The translations under genes and the position numbers were made by a program. Shown piece after piece: positions 25,201 to 33,954 of a stretch of DNA of 64,000 bases. Each line of letters begins with the position of its first letter. The stretch's first letter is position 1. The notes under the pieces are model-generated. The model saw only the letters and a program-made list of their open reading frames with translations, did not search any database and was not told where the DNA came from. Origin of the DNA: Patescibacteria group bacterium. Its GTDB lineage: Bacteria; Patescibacteriota; Patescibacteriia; Patescibacteriales; JBAZCA01. The stretch is taken from contig JBAZUF010000001.1 in assembly GCA_041661505.1 (NCBI GenBank), positions 113,576 to 177,575 of the forward strand, read 5' to 3'.

Positions 25201-28200
25201 CTCGCTGGCACCCTGGTCGTACGTCCCGGCAGCAATATCAATTGTATCTCCGGCAGTTGATTTAGTAACAGCTTCCTGAATGGTGTCAAAATCAGGATTA
25301 TTAAGAGCCGTATCATCAACGGTCAAAGTATCGTCTGTATCTAATACAAACGAAGCGGATGTTTCGGAAACGGTGTTTCCGGCCGCGTCAGTAACAGTAA
25401 CCGTTAGGGTGTGGCGCCCATCAGAGGCTCCTGAAATAGTTGTACTTATCGGCACGCCGGTGGTACAAGGAATTGTTCCTTCAAGCACTGGGCTGTCAAC
25501 TGTATAGCTACAAATTAAAGCCGTGCCAGGCCCCGGGTCGTTAGGCGTAAAAGCCACTGCGATATTATCCTTATATACTGTATCAAGCGCGGGAGCGGTG
25601 AAGCCAGTGATAGTCGGGGTGCCCGTATCAACAGTCATAGTATAAGTGTCCAATGCAACATTATCAACCTCATTTCCAGCCCGGTCAATCATATGCACCT
25701 CCATTGTGTAAACACCATCAGGAGCAGTGCCACCTGCACTTAATGACCCATCCCAAGCTTCATTCAAAATAGCGGTTCCATCATCAGTTGCAGGGATATA
25801 ACTTTTCTTAGTTACACCTCCCTGCACCACCTGCAGTGAAACCCAATTGTCGATAATTTCACTGGCATTAATTACGATGGATACGCTTGCGGGATTGGTT
25901 GGGTCAAAAGTAACGTTAGCTCCGCTTCCATTTAGAGTGTAGCTTGTGATTGTCGGTGCAACTGTATCGGTATATGCAGCTTTAGTAGCTTCATTGGTAG
26001 GATTAATATTTGTAGCAGTATTGCCAACTGCGTCTGTTCCGGTAATGGCAATATTTTCTAAAACTTCGCCGACAGCGGCAACATCACTGGCGATCACTCG
26101 GTCATATTTATAATCATTTCCCGCGACTAAAGTAGCATCGACGCTGCTTACGTCATTAGCTGTACCTTCCGCGTCAATCGAAATTCTTGGCGCTTCGCTT
26201 AAAGCTTCGTTAGCGGTAATCTTTATATAATAGGTCCCGACTTTTAATCTCTTATTGTCAGTTAATTCAGTTGTAAGGCCGGCATCTGAATAATATTGAA
26301 TAGCGAAGGTTGGCCTAGTAGTGTCTTGGGTATAAGAAACTGAATTTGATGGAGCGCTTTCTAAGTCTGCGGCGTCAGTAGAGGTTACAGTTACAACCTT
26401 AGCGGCGTCATAATCTAATTCGCTAACTATTCCGGCGGTTTCCAACTGTAAATTACTAAAGCTGAAATTGCCTCCGGTTGCGGTAGTAGTAACTCCGCTT
26501 GGTACTATTCCAATATATATCTCCACTATTGAATCAGCTTCTGCTGTCCCGGAAATCACTTGAGTCGGCTTTGTGGTTTCGTTAATAACAACTGTTGCCG
26601 CGGCCGGGTTCGTAATTACAGGGGCTTCCGGCGGAGTAACATCTATAAAATCAACTGAAGCATCTATAATGATCAGGCCAGCAGAAGTGGCACTAAGCGT
26701 AGCAGTCCCGGCCGTTCGGTCGGCTCCCGAGGTTAGGGTTGCAACAACAATTCCGTCAGCGTCAGTGGTTTGCATTCCAGCCGGATCAAGAGTTCCCTTG
26801 GTTCTTGTTAAGGTAATGGAAACTCCGGCTTGAGGCCTATTGTTGTCATACTGATCTTTTAGTTGGCCGGTAATTCCAGCACTATCAACACCATCGGCGT
26901 TAACAGAAGCTTTGCTGCTGGTTACGACCACTTTATTTGCCACGTCCGAGTTAACAGTAATTGCTGCGGTATCGTCAGCTGCCAATCCTGCGGCGCCATG
27001 CAAAACCGTACTCACTGCGTTAAACAAAGTGCTTTCCGCGCTTCCCGTTCCGTCAGTAACTGTGATTGGATTATATTCAGGGTGTGCGCCGCTTGGAGAA
27101 TCGCCACCGCCAGAGCTAGCAGAAACAGTAACGGTTCCGGAAGCAGGATTGCCAAATTGGTCAACTGCTCCGGCGACGCTAACCGTAAATGCGGTTCCAG
27201 CCGTAACTGGAGTCGGGGCGGTTAGCGTGAAAGCGGTGATTACACCGGCTTTAAGCGGACCGATGTCGCCGCTTGTAGCTGAAACGGTTCCAGCGGTCGC
27301 AGTGATTTTAAAGATATCCACCTGGCTGTAAGCAACATTAGTAAAGGTCGCTAAACCGTTTGTAGTTGCCAAACTAAGAGCTCCCCGCAAATCGCCCGCA
27401 CCACTAGCCTTAGTAAGAAGAACATCAGTTCCGTTGGCCACGTTATTTTCATAAGCGTCTTTGACCAGCACTATTGGTTGGGTGGAGATTGGATTGTCTA
27501 CGGTGTCGGTTATGACCGCCGCTGGCGCCGTAGAGAAAGTTACAACTGATGGTACATTTGGAGCTACAGCGATTGAATTGGAAGTAACAGGAGTGAGGCT
27601 GTCCGAGCTAAAATTCAAAGCTATAGTTACCGCTTCGGTATAAACTATGTTAGTAAAGGTAGCGATGCCTCCAGAAACAGTCGCTGTCAAAGTTCCTCCG
27701 AGGTCCCTACTACCGCTGGCGCTGTTCCTCGTTGCGGTTATTACTGATAAATCATCTTCACTGATCAAGTTGCCAAATTGGTCAACAATTTTTACAACTG
27801 GTTGAGTGGCAAAAGCTTCGCCCGCCGTTGCAGTTGCCGAAGGTTGTGTTGCCATTTCTAATCGGCTGGCAACATCGTGATTAAATGTAACTTCCTGGGT
27901 CAGCACAATTAAAGTACCATCAGCGGTCGCAGTAATAGTTTTTTCTTCAGCTTTAGTGGAAGAGAAGGTAACCGTTGCTACTCCTAAAGCATTTGTTGTC
28001 GCTGGTACAGGATTAAGTTCATTTTCTGTTCCGGTTGAGTCGACTGTCACGCTAGAGTTAGGTATTACGTTTCCGGCCGCGTCTTTTACCGTTACCGTAA
28101 TGGTAATAATATTATCTCCGCCACTTACAGTTTCTCTGTCCTTGTCTACCGCAACAATAGAATTATCGGCGCTAACCGGACCGGGTACAACTGTTAAAGT

Positions 28201-29070
28201 GCCAGTATCGTCCGTAAAAGAGCCATCAACCGCATGGATTACTCCGCTTCCCACTAAAACCCCGGTAAAAGTCGCGCTTTTGCTATCTCCGGCCGGTACT
28301 AAATTAGCATCGACAACGTCAGGGGTCTTATCGATTAATGACCAAGTAGCCGCGACATTATTTACGAAATTATTGAATTGATCCCTCTCAATGGTATATG
28401 CAGTTAAGGTATTTCCGGAAATCACATCCTGCGGCGAAATTACAGTTCCGCTCCCATTAGCCGCGGTTTCAATCTTAACTTGTGTTGGCGCTCCGGCAAT
28501 AGTAGATAAAGTGCCAAAACTGGTACCTCCAACCCCATCTGTAACCCCTGCAATAGCGGCACCATCTACACTTGAATGGGTTATGTTGCCGGTAGAGGGA
28601 GCAATACCCGTCGGCCGGACCTTCATACTACTGATAATAAAAGCGAGGCCGCTATTTGCCGTGGAAGCTCCTGTGATCGAAAAAGTAAAAGAATTCGGGC
28701 CGGGCGTTATCACTTGGCTCTCCGGTTCAATATCGCCGACAGTCCTTACCACGGTTACAGTTGATCCCGTATTAAATTCCCATCCATCCGGAAGATTAAA
28801 AGTATGCGTTCCAACCTCTATGCTTCCGGGCGCGGTTTCATTAATAGTCGGTCCGCTTAGAGTTCTCCAGGTTCCCGATCCGCCAGGAGCCGAAGTTGTA
28901 TCAATAGACACATTAGTTCCATTGCTGGCAGGGGCAATGGTCGCGTCTCCAACGGCAAAAACATAATTAACCGCGAAGATTGTTCCAAAAATTAAAAACG
29001 CGCCGAGTAAGCCGAAGACCGGCCATTTCACAGCGCGTTTCTTTAGAGATGTTTTAATAAACTTGCTCAT
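22243..29070 (-). CDS. giant (2275 aa) cell-surface protein: signal-anchor, many bacterial Ig-like (Big/invasin-type) domains, a right-handed parallel beta-helix region, C-terminal beta-rich domains
   Basis: N-terminal anchor VFGLLGAFLIFGTIFAV. Repeated Big-like units (e.g. ITITVTVKDAAGNVIPNSSVTVDSTG...ATVTFSS). PbH1-type repeats (ITITNNTWTGI, NITGNTFNGV, NISNNTFNNI, ITVTGNTFSNS, FSVSNNSFTGN). Confidence 0.85.
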   Translation of the reverse strand: MSKFIKTSLKKRAVKWPVFGLLGAFLIFGTIFAVNYVFAVGDATIAPASNGTNVSIDTTSAPGGSGTWRTLSGPTINETAPGSIEVGTHTFNLPDGWEFNTGSTVTVVRTVGDIEPESQVITPGPNSFTFSITGASTANSGLAFIISSMKVRPTGIAPSTGNITHSSVDGAAIAGVTDGVGGTSFGTLSTIAGAPTQVKIETAANGSGTVISPQDVISGNTLTAYTIERDQFNNFVNNVAATWSLIDKTPDVVDANLVPAGDSKSATFTGVLVGSGVIHAVDGSFTDDTGTLTVVPGPVSADNSIVAVDKDRETVSGGDNIITITVTVKDAAGNVIPNSSVTVDSTGTENELNPVPATTNALGVATVTFSSTKAEEKTITATADGTLIVLTQEVTFNHDVASRLEMATQPSATATAGEAFATQPVVKIVDQFGNLISEDDLSVITATRNSASGSRDLGGTLTATVSGGIATFTNIVYTEAVTIALNFSSDSLTPVTSNSIAVAPNVPSVVTFSTAPAAVITDTVDNPISTQPIVLVKDAYENNVANGTDVLLTKASGAGDLRGALSLATTNGLATFTNVAYSQVDIFKITATAGTVSATSGDIGPLKAGVITAFTLTAPTPVTAGTAFTVSVAGAVDQFGNPASGTVTVSASSGGGDSPSGAHPEYNPITVTDGTGSAESTLFNAVSTVLHGAAGLAADDTAAITVNSDVANKVVVTSSKASVNADGVDSAGITGQLKDQYDNNRPQAGVSITLTRTKGTLDPAGMQTTDADGIVVATLTSGADRTAGTATLSATSAGLIIIDASVDFIDVTPPEAPVITNPAAATVVINETTKPTQVISGTAEADSIVEIYIGIVPSGVTTTATGGNFSFSNLQLETAGIVSELDYDAAKVVTVTSTDAADLESAPSNSVSYTQDTTRPTFAIQYYSDAGLTTELTDNKRLKVGTYYIKITANEALSEAPRISIDAEGTANDVSSVDATLVAGNDYKYDRVIASDVAAVGEVLENIAITGTDAVGNTATNINPTNEATKAAYTDTVAPTITSYTLNGSGANVTFDPTNPASVSIVINASEIIDNWVSLQVVQGGVTKKSYIPATDDGTAILNEAWDGSLSAGGTAPDGVYTMEVHMIDRAGNEVDNVALDTYTMTVDTGTPTITGFTAPALDTVYKDNIAVAFTPNDPGPGTALICSYTVDSPVLEGTIPCTTGVPISTTISGASDGRHTLTVTVTDAAGNTVSETSASFVLDTDDTLTVDDTALNNPDFDTIQEAVTKSTAGDTIDIAAGTYDQGASEITINKSLTIAGPNVSISPNGGSRVAEAIIEGSAGGGPATFNITSGTAVVTFEGLTFATTGAEMRSDASGATISLRKNIFSGAMTDGLYFEDPILTLDDNLFTSIDTPNADTVQVGGHYSASANTITITNNTWTGITSSGALNLSSVTGNITGNTFNGVQYYGMLIANTSGNLNISNNTFNNITNPDPGTSATWGAGIRTYHDLGLVYAGPITVTGNTFSNSYLGISVRAGSDISGAEFSVSNNSFTGNTTGILNAGTGTLNAAQNWWGDPSGPYNLTSNPHGTGNAVSDNVAFTPWYFDAERTDISLVLPTATLSGTPADPTSLTSASITVGDANIVYYKYKLDGGAFGAETAVADLITLAGLSDGSHTVYVIGRDKYGNWQAELSATTHTWTVDTAAPAGYAVTLYPSSLKTSANFNFTGAEVGANFTYSLDDTDPMTAAVEGSGIATSTTYHVGSINTSTLSDGVVTLTVVMTDAAGNSGLPATATRTKDTTPPSITINNGVEAGPVKDDVINITSSDPHLSATYNNYSFSSDAVCNSTDFSAPLNTYVSGADFTISGDHTDYLCVRARDSYSNFTYQLVGQLNTDNTNPVMSLSSMFTGQTLTGGNIYTINWTATDLNIGPPAGTPIKIEFTSDGGLTWSSVVGATENDGAYSWTVPAINSSDCQIRVTVTDLATNADFDLSSTFTITHSTVVDTTDPVIAVNSPNGGETWDEGSTHTLTWTATDNVTSSANILVTLDYSTDGSATWHNIVTNTSNSGGHPWTIPAGANSTNVFIRATATDAAGNTGSDMSNTAFNIAVPVAYPDPICTGPVAGVYTCTISLSSGWNLMSLPVIPGSTAIEDVIAGIKTNLDTVQYYYNGDWQTFTVQEGHPELPGVGDLGIMKDGNGYWVNMNGSDTLTIAGTIAPEAPNPPTSYPVISGWNLIGLKSISAYKTTTTYLSTLPSGYIVFDQSNADKTGSYMQGGKGYWLWSTGAGNIVPTD

Positions 29071-29131
29071 ACGTTTATTCTTAAAAGATAATTAATTTTG
29101 TTTTAAGAAAATATCTAAAAAATTTATCCCG

Positions 29132-29159
29132 AAAAAACAAAAAACCGCGTTCAGCGGTT
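29132..29159 (-). terminator. rho-independent terminator ~62 nt upstream of the giant ORF start
   Basis: Minus sense: AACCGC-tgaac-GCGGTT followed by TTTTTTGTTTTTT (plus 29132-29144). Confidence 0.7.
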
Positions 29160-29403
29160 CATAAAATTAGGCTCAATGAGCTTACCGGTTTTTGCAAGTT
29201 GGCATGGTGGAAAAACTTGCCGCATAGGATCCGGTTAGGTTATTATTTAACATTTTAAAAGTAGCACAGCCCTTCTAACTGGTCAATAGACCTTTATAGG
29301 CCACAATAATAAAATCCTGCTGTCAAATTAACCAAAAAACGAACGCCGATATTATATTAAATCAACATTAAGATTGGATTAAGATTTGATGAAAAAATTG
29401 GCT

Positions 29404-29802
29404 TTATTTTGAAACTTGTTTTTTTACCAATAAGACTATTTGTGCCAAAAGCCAACCCATAATTGATAAGCTCAACGCGACCAATAGATATTTACCTCCG
29501 CCAAGTAATGCGAAGACTAGAGGGATTGATGCCCCCATAATCCAAGCTTGAAAAGTATTTTTTTGAATAAACGAAAATACTAGAAGTGGTATAAAAAAGT
29601 ATAGAGCAAAAATTGTACCTACGATCACGTTACCAAGCCACTCAGGGATTATATTAAACATACTGTATCCGGTCATTATTGGCTTAAATATCCATAGATA
29701 TAATTCATAAAATAGCCAATAAAAAATAAATGATAAAAATAGACTCAGCATGTAAATATTCATTTTCTGCTGTCTTTTATAATACTCTCTAAAATCAATC
29801 AT
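29404..29802 (-). CDS. small polytopic membrane protein, hypothetical
   Basis: 132 aa with 4 hydrophobic helices. Lies 4 nt downstream of the LamG-lipase gene. Confidence 0.55.
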   Translation of the reverse strand: MIDFREYYKRQQKMNIYMLSLFLSFIFYWLFYELYLWIFKPIMTGYSMFNIIPEWLGNVIVGTIFALYFFIPLLVFSFIQKNTFQAWIMGASIPLVFALLGGGKYLLVALSLSIMGWLLAQIVLLVKKQVSK

Positions 29803-29806
29803 ACAT

Positions 29807-32800
29807 TTATAAATTATTTTTTAAATAGTTAAAGTCATCTTTAATTATATCATAAGCTTTTTGATTAATTAAATGCCTAGTCAAATATTTCCAAAGCGAT
29901 TTTTCCATCCGGTCGAAAACTACTTTCAACTTTTTATCATTTTCCTTGTCCAACCTTTCCAGCTCTTCATTGTATCTTTGGAACATTTTAACCTTAGTTT
30001 TAGCTGGGATTGAATTGTTGGCTTCTATTTTTCCTCTGGTCCTAATAATTATATTTTTTGCTTCATTTAACAGCTTCAATCTCCATTTAATTTCTTCAAT
30101 CTCGGTTATCAGTAATTTACTGGTTATCCGGTCGTATATCCACCTAAGATTATATAACCTTTGGATATCTGAAATTACGCTGTCCGGAGTAGCGGTTATA
30201 TTAAATTTGACTGTTGAAGTAGCCATATTTCCCGCTTTATCAAGAGCCCTAAATTCTAATAAATGTTCTCCGGTTTTTAGGAAAAATAAGTCAGCTTTTT
30301 CATTATCTACGCTTTGGCCGTCTAGGAGAGTTGAAGTTGCGGAAATACCTGAAAAATCGTCGGTGGCGCTATATTCAATTTGCATAGTTGCATTATGCAA
30401 ATAATTACTTCCTTCAGCTGGAGAAGTAATATTAATAGTTGGCGCTACTAAATCAATGGGCTCGGGGTCGCTTAACGGATTATCCGACGTACTGGAATAG
30501 TTAATTCTAAATTCCTGAACCTGATTTTCGGCAATATTGCCTTGGTAGTTTTTCTCGATTTCCGATTCGTTATCGGTATTAATCAAACTGGTACCTAATT
30601 GATATTGTCCTCCTCGGCTAACTCCTTGAATTTCTATTTTGTATTCGCCGTCCATTGGCTCTAAAATTGTCGCAAATTCTTCTTCTGCCCCAAAACCTGA
30701 ATAAAAAGCGCCGTCAATCTCGTTTAAATCTGTATTTGAAAAAAAATCTTTGCCCAGTCTCTTACCGTCCGGCGCAATAATAGTAAAATCAACTGGAGAA
30801 TAAACTCTTATGAAAAAAATTCTTTTGATAGCTGACCACAAGCTATCGATATACTTGTCCGGCGTTTTTCCCGTTAGTTCTTTAATAACTTCTTTTTGCG
30901 CGGCGGTTACCATCTGGCGATGATCATATCCGGAAAGCTCAATAGTCTTAACACCGGCTAAGCTGTTAGAGCTTTCGTTGGGGACCGTACGGTCGCCGTC
31001 ACCTAGAATCAAACAATCAGCATTGCCATCATCTAGATTCTCCGGATAGCCGTCCATCCATTTGCTGTCATATATATCCGGATCACTAATTACCCTTATT
31101 TTCGAGACCGTTGTGTTAGCTTTTAGCGAATGGCTGAATATGTTAATAATATTAGCCCTTCCTTTAAGCGCGGAAATCCCGGCTTGCGTATTAAGGTTTT
31201 CTAAAAATTCATTCCTCGGGTATTGTACCGGGTAAATTCTGTCTATCCAACTATCGCCAAGTTTATTTTGCAGATAATTATAAGTCGGTAAGAGCTGCTC
31301 CACGCTGGGCGCTTGTTCATGGATATACTTAATAATATTTAAGTATTTATGCTCAGCCGCTTCAAGTCCTAGCACACTATTTAATAGCCAATTATTGGCC
31401 AAAAAATATGAACCTTCCCAAGCTAAATAATCTTCCGGCGCGCCTTTATGCGGGGTTCCTAAGAATATTAATTGATCAACGTCATTTTGATATTCACTGC
31501 TTTGAACATAATACCGGGCCACTAATCCGCCCATGCTATGGGCTACAATATCCACTTTTGTTTTACCGGTTATTTCTTTTATCTCTTGAATTTTATCTTT
31601 TAGCTGGCCGGCGGTCGTCACATTATTTTGCCGCCAATTATAAGGAAAAACGAATAAATTCTTATCCAATTCGTATCCGCTCTGGATTAAAGCCTCTATT
31701 AAATTATCATAGGTATGCAGGATGGGATCAATCAGCTTTATATTCAAGCTTTGCCAACTCCCCAAAATCCCCGGCACTATAATCACTGGATCTTTTTCTT
31801 TTACTAATGGCCAGGCAAAGGGTTGGCCGCTTTCGTAAATTTGCTTTACTTCTTCGGGAGATAAAATTGAAGAAAGGATGAATAAATCGTCAACGTCTCC
31901 CATGAAATTGCAGAAACGTCCGCAAGAATTATCTTCCCGGTAGCCGACTTTAACTTGCCCGAAAGAAGGCGGATTACCCGGAATAAATTCGCTCCCCTCT
32001 TCTTCGCCGTCTATATAGAGTTTTAGCGTGTGATTATGGGCGCGCGGATCAAAGGTGAAGGAGATAAAATGCCAGTTATTGTCGTTAATGGATTGGCTGG
32101 AGGTTATATTATATGTCCGGTAAAAGCAGGCCGGGCCGTTAGTTGTCGCGGTACAGCCATCGGAAAAATTGACTGTCAAAAACGCTTGGCCGAGTTTTTC
32201 GGAAAGGACAATATTGTTTTCTTTATTATTTCCGCCTAAGACTAAAAAACGGGCTCCCGGATCGCTTTGGGCGCCGGTCTTAATCCAGGCGCCGGCCGAA
32301 ATCCCATTTTCAAAATTTACCGGCGGGTCAACGTTCCGGCTGAATAAATCTTCAACCTTATTAAAATTTATTGCCTTATCAAACCGCCCGGAAACCCGTC
32401 TTGGCGACGGCTCTCCGCCGCCCCAAGGGTTAGCGCCCCAGCTTAAGTTATAGCCGTTTCCCGAACTGTCGGAGGCCGTATCTCCGGTATCATCAAAATG
32501 ATAAATAGCTTTTACCGCGATTGGCGCTAATGCGGTTTCAGTTATTTCAGACTTATAGGGCTTAGCGGACTGAAAAATTTCCAGGATTTTACTGTCATCC
32601 AGGCTTTCCGACCGGATCCAAACGTCATCAATTACTCCTTTAAAATTATTTAAGGCGTAAGGCGCGTAATAATCTTCGCGCCGGCCGATTACGATATTTT
32701 CGGCCGCTGGAATAGTTTGGGCAAAACTTAATTCCCCGTCTTTTATTCCGTCAATATAGAGCTTAGCCTGGCCGGACGCAGTCAGGCTGACAGCGATAAA

Positions 32801-33352
32801 ATGCCAGTTTGAATCGTTAACCAGAGCCTCTGAAACCAATTCCTCTTGCCACTCGTTTTCTTTTTTAAATTTTATGACGGCATGGCCATCCTTTATTGCC
32901 AGCATAAAATGATTAGCCGGCGAGCCGCTTGAATCAAAAGTATTTCCCAGCCAAAAAAACCGGGTATACTGTGGCGTGTCAACATCCGTTTTTATCCAAA
33001 TTCCGACTGTTAATCCGTCGGGCCATGAAACAGCAGGAGAAAATTGCCGGGAATACAATTCTTCGGTTTGGCTAAAGTTTATTCCTAAATCCCATTGGCC
33101 TCGAACTCTTTCCGGCGCGATTTTTCCCCCGCCCCAGGGGTTATGGCCCCACTCTAAATTATTTCCGTTCGGCCCGGAGTCGTAGGCAACGGTTCCGCTA
33201 TTTTCATCGAAATGCCAAACACCAAAATCAGCCGCGTCAGTTGGGTCGGCGGCTTTAACCGCGGGCGCGCTCCCCAAAGCCCCAAAAACAAAAATACCCG
33301 CCAAAAAAATGACCGGCAATATGCAAATAGTCCTCGCGAATTTAATTTTCAT
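29807..33352 (-). CDS. secreted multidomain protein: 2x LamG/concanavalin-A-like, alpha/beta-hydrolase lipase (LCAT/PGAP1-like), Ig-like domain, helical tail
   Basis: ATG 33352 with GGAGG 5 nt upstream (the listed 33364 is a TTG). Signal ILPVIFLAGIFVFGALGSAPAVKA. Duplicated HFDENSG..GNNLEWGHNPWGGG and HFDDTGD..GYNLSWGANPWGGG. Lipase motifs PGILGSW and VAHSMGGLVARYY (GxSxG). Confidence 0.8.
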   Translation of the reverse strand: MKIKFARTICILPVIFLAGIFVFGALGSAPAVKAADPTDAADFGVWHFDENSGTVAYDSGPNGNNLEWGHNPWGGGKIAPERVRGQWDLGINFSQTEELYSRQFSPAVSWPDGLTVGIWIKTDVDTPQYTRFFWLGNTFDSSGSPANHFMLAIKDGHAVIKFKKENEWQEELVSEALVNDSNWHFIAVSLTASGQAKLYIDGIKDGELSFAQTIPAAENIVIGRREDYYAPYALNNFKGVIDDVWIRSESLDDSKILEIFQSAKPYKSEITETALAPIAVKAIYHFDDTGDTASDSSGNGYNLSWGANPWGGGEPSPRRVSGRFDKAINFNKVEDLFSRNVDPPVNFENGISAGAWIKTGAQSDPGARFLVLGGNNKENNIVLSEKLGQAFLTVNFSDGCTATTNGPACFYRTYNITSSQSINDNNWHFISFTFDPRAHNHTLKLYIDGEEEGSEFIPGNPPSFGQVKVGYREDNSCGRFCNFMGDVDDLFILSSILSPEEVKQIYESGQPFAWPLVKEKDPVIIVPGILGSWQSLNIKLIDPILHTYDNLIEALIQSGYELDKNLFVFPYNWRQNNVTTAGQLKDKIQEIKEITGKTKVDIVAHSMGGLVARYYVQSSEYQNDVDQLIFLGTPHKGAPEDYLAWEGSYFLANNWLLNSVLGLEAAEHKYLNIIKYIHEQAPSVEQLLPTYNYLQNKLGDSWIDRIYPVQYPRNEFLENLNTQAGISALKGRANIINIFSHSLKANTTVSKIRVISDPDIYDSKWMDGYPENLDDGNADCLILGDGDRTVPNESSNSLAGVKTIELSGYDHRQMVTAAQKEVIKELTGKTPDKYIDSLWSAIKRIFFIRVYSPVDFTIIAPDGKRLGKDFFSNTDLNEIDGAFYSGFGAEEEFATILEPMDGEYKIEIQGVSRGGQYQLGTSLINTDNESEIEKNYQGNIAENQVQEFRINYSSTSDNPLSDPEPIDLVAPTINITSPAEGSNYLHNATMQIEYSATDDFSGISATSTLLDGQSVDNEKADLFFLKTGEHLLEFRALDKAGNMATSTVKFNITATPDSVISDIQRLYNLRWIYDRITSKLLITEIEEIKWRLKLLNEAKNIIIRTRGKIEANNSIPAKTKVKMFQRYNEELERLDKENDKKLKVVFDRMEKSLWKYLTRHLINQKAYDIIKDDFNYLKNNL

Positions 33353-33427
33353 ATAACCCTCCAATTATATGAATTAAGCTATTCTATTATATTAGCACTT
33401 ATTTATTAGCTCAACAATACAAATACT

Positions 33428-33456
33428 TTGACAACCCAGTTGAGAGTTTATATACT
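33428..33456 (+). promoter_or_regulatory. near-consensus sigma70-type promoter
   Basis: TTGACA (33428-33433), 17-nt spacer, TATACT (33451-33456). Confidence 0.6.
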
Positions 33457-33574
33457 CGCTAAAAAGGAATCATTAGCCCTTGACAGGAGATTGTTATCTT
33501 AACCCGGGAAAATCCCAACGAGTAATTTTGCCCTTTCAAATACTTTTAACAAAAACCAAACGCTTGGAGCGGCT

Positions 33575-33835
33575 ATGAAAAATTTTAATCTTGATGATCT
33601 TAATGAGTTGTCGCCTCAAGCGGGCGACAAAGTACGTTGCTTACTGGACGGTGTCCGCAACTGGTCTTCGCTTTTGGACGCCGAGAAAAGAATAAAGGAG
33701 CTTTTGTCAAAAATCAGGGTAAAAGCCGAGGAGGTTTTTATAAACAAAGGCATGGCCGAAGGGCTTCATCTTAACGAAGCCTTGAAACAGGCAAGGCGAA
33801 GCTGTAAGCACCTCGGTCGGTTCCACAACGAGTAA
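33575..33835 (+). CDS. small (86 aa) all-helical hypothetical protein
   Basis: GGAG 5 nt before the ATG. Own promoter and terminator. The only plus-strand gene within ~20 kb. No family recognised. Confidence 0.55.
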   Translation: MKNFNLDDLNELSPQAGDKVRCLLDGVRNWSSLLDAEKRIKELLSKIRVKAEEVFINKGMAEGLHLNEALKQARRSCKHLGRFHNE

Positions 33836-33871
33836 CCGAGTTGCGGAGTCATGCCAAATTTTAACTTTATG

Positions 33872-33898
33872 ACCCATTACCGGACGTAATGGGTTTTT
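33872..33898 (+). terminator. rho-independent terminator
   Basis: 9-bp stem ACCCATTAC/GTAATGGGT with a 5-nt loop, then T5. Confidence 0.8.
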
Positions 33899-33905
33899 GC
33901 TATTT

Positions 33906-33926
33906 AAAAAAACGGGTATTACCCGC
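33906..33926 (-). terminator. rho-independent terminator for the 33955-36036 minus-strand genes (convergent with the previous one)
   Basis: Minus sense: CGGGT-aat-ACCCG followed by T7 (plus A 33906-33912). Confidence 0.6.
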
Positions 33927-33954
33927 TATTGGCCAGGGGAAAATGTTAGCCTTA

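Noticed and set aside
33480-33485. A second TTGACA box in the leader of the 86-aa ORF.
   Set aside because: No acceptable -10 hexamer lies at 16-19 nt spacing, so it is probably fortuitous.
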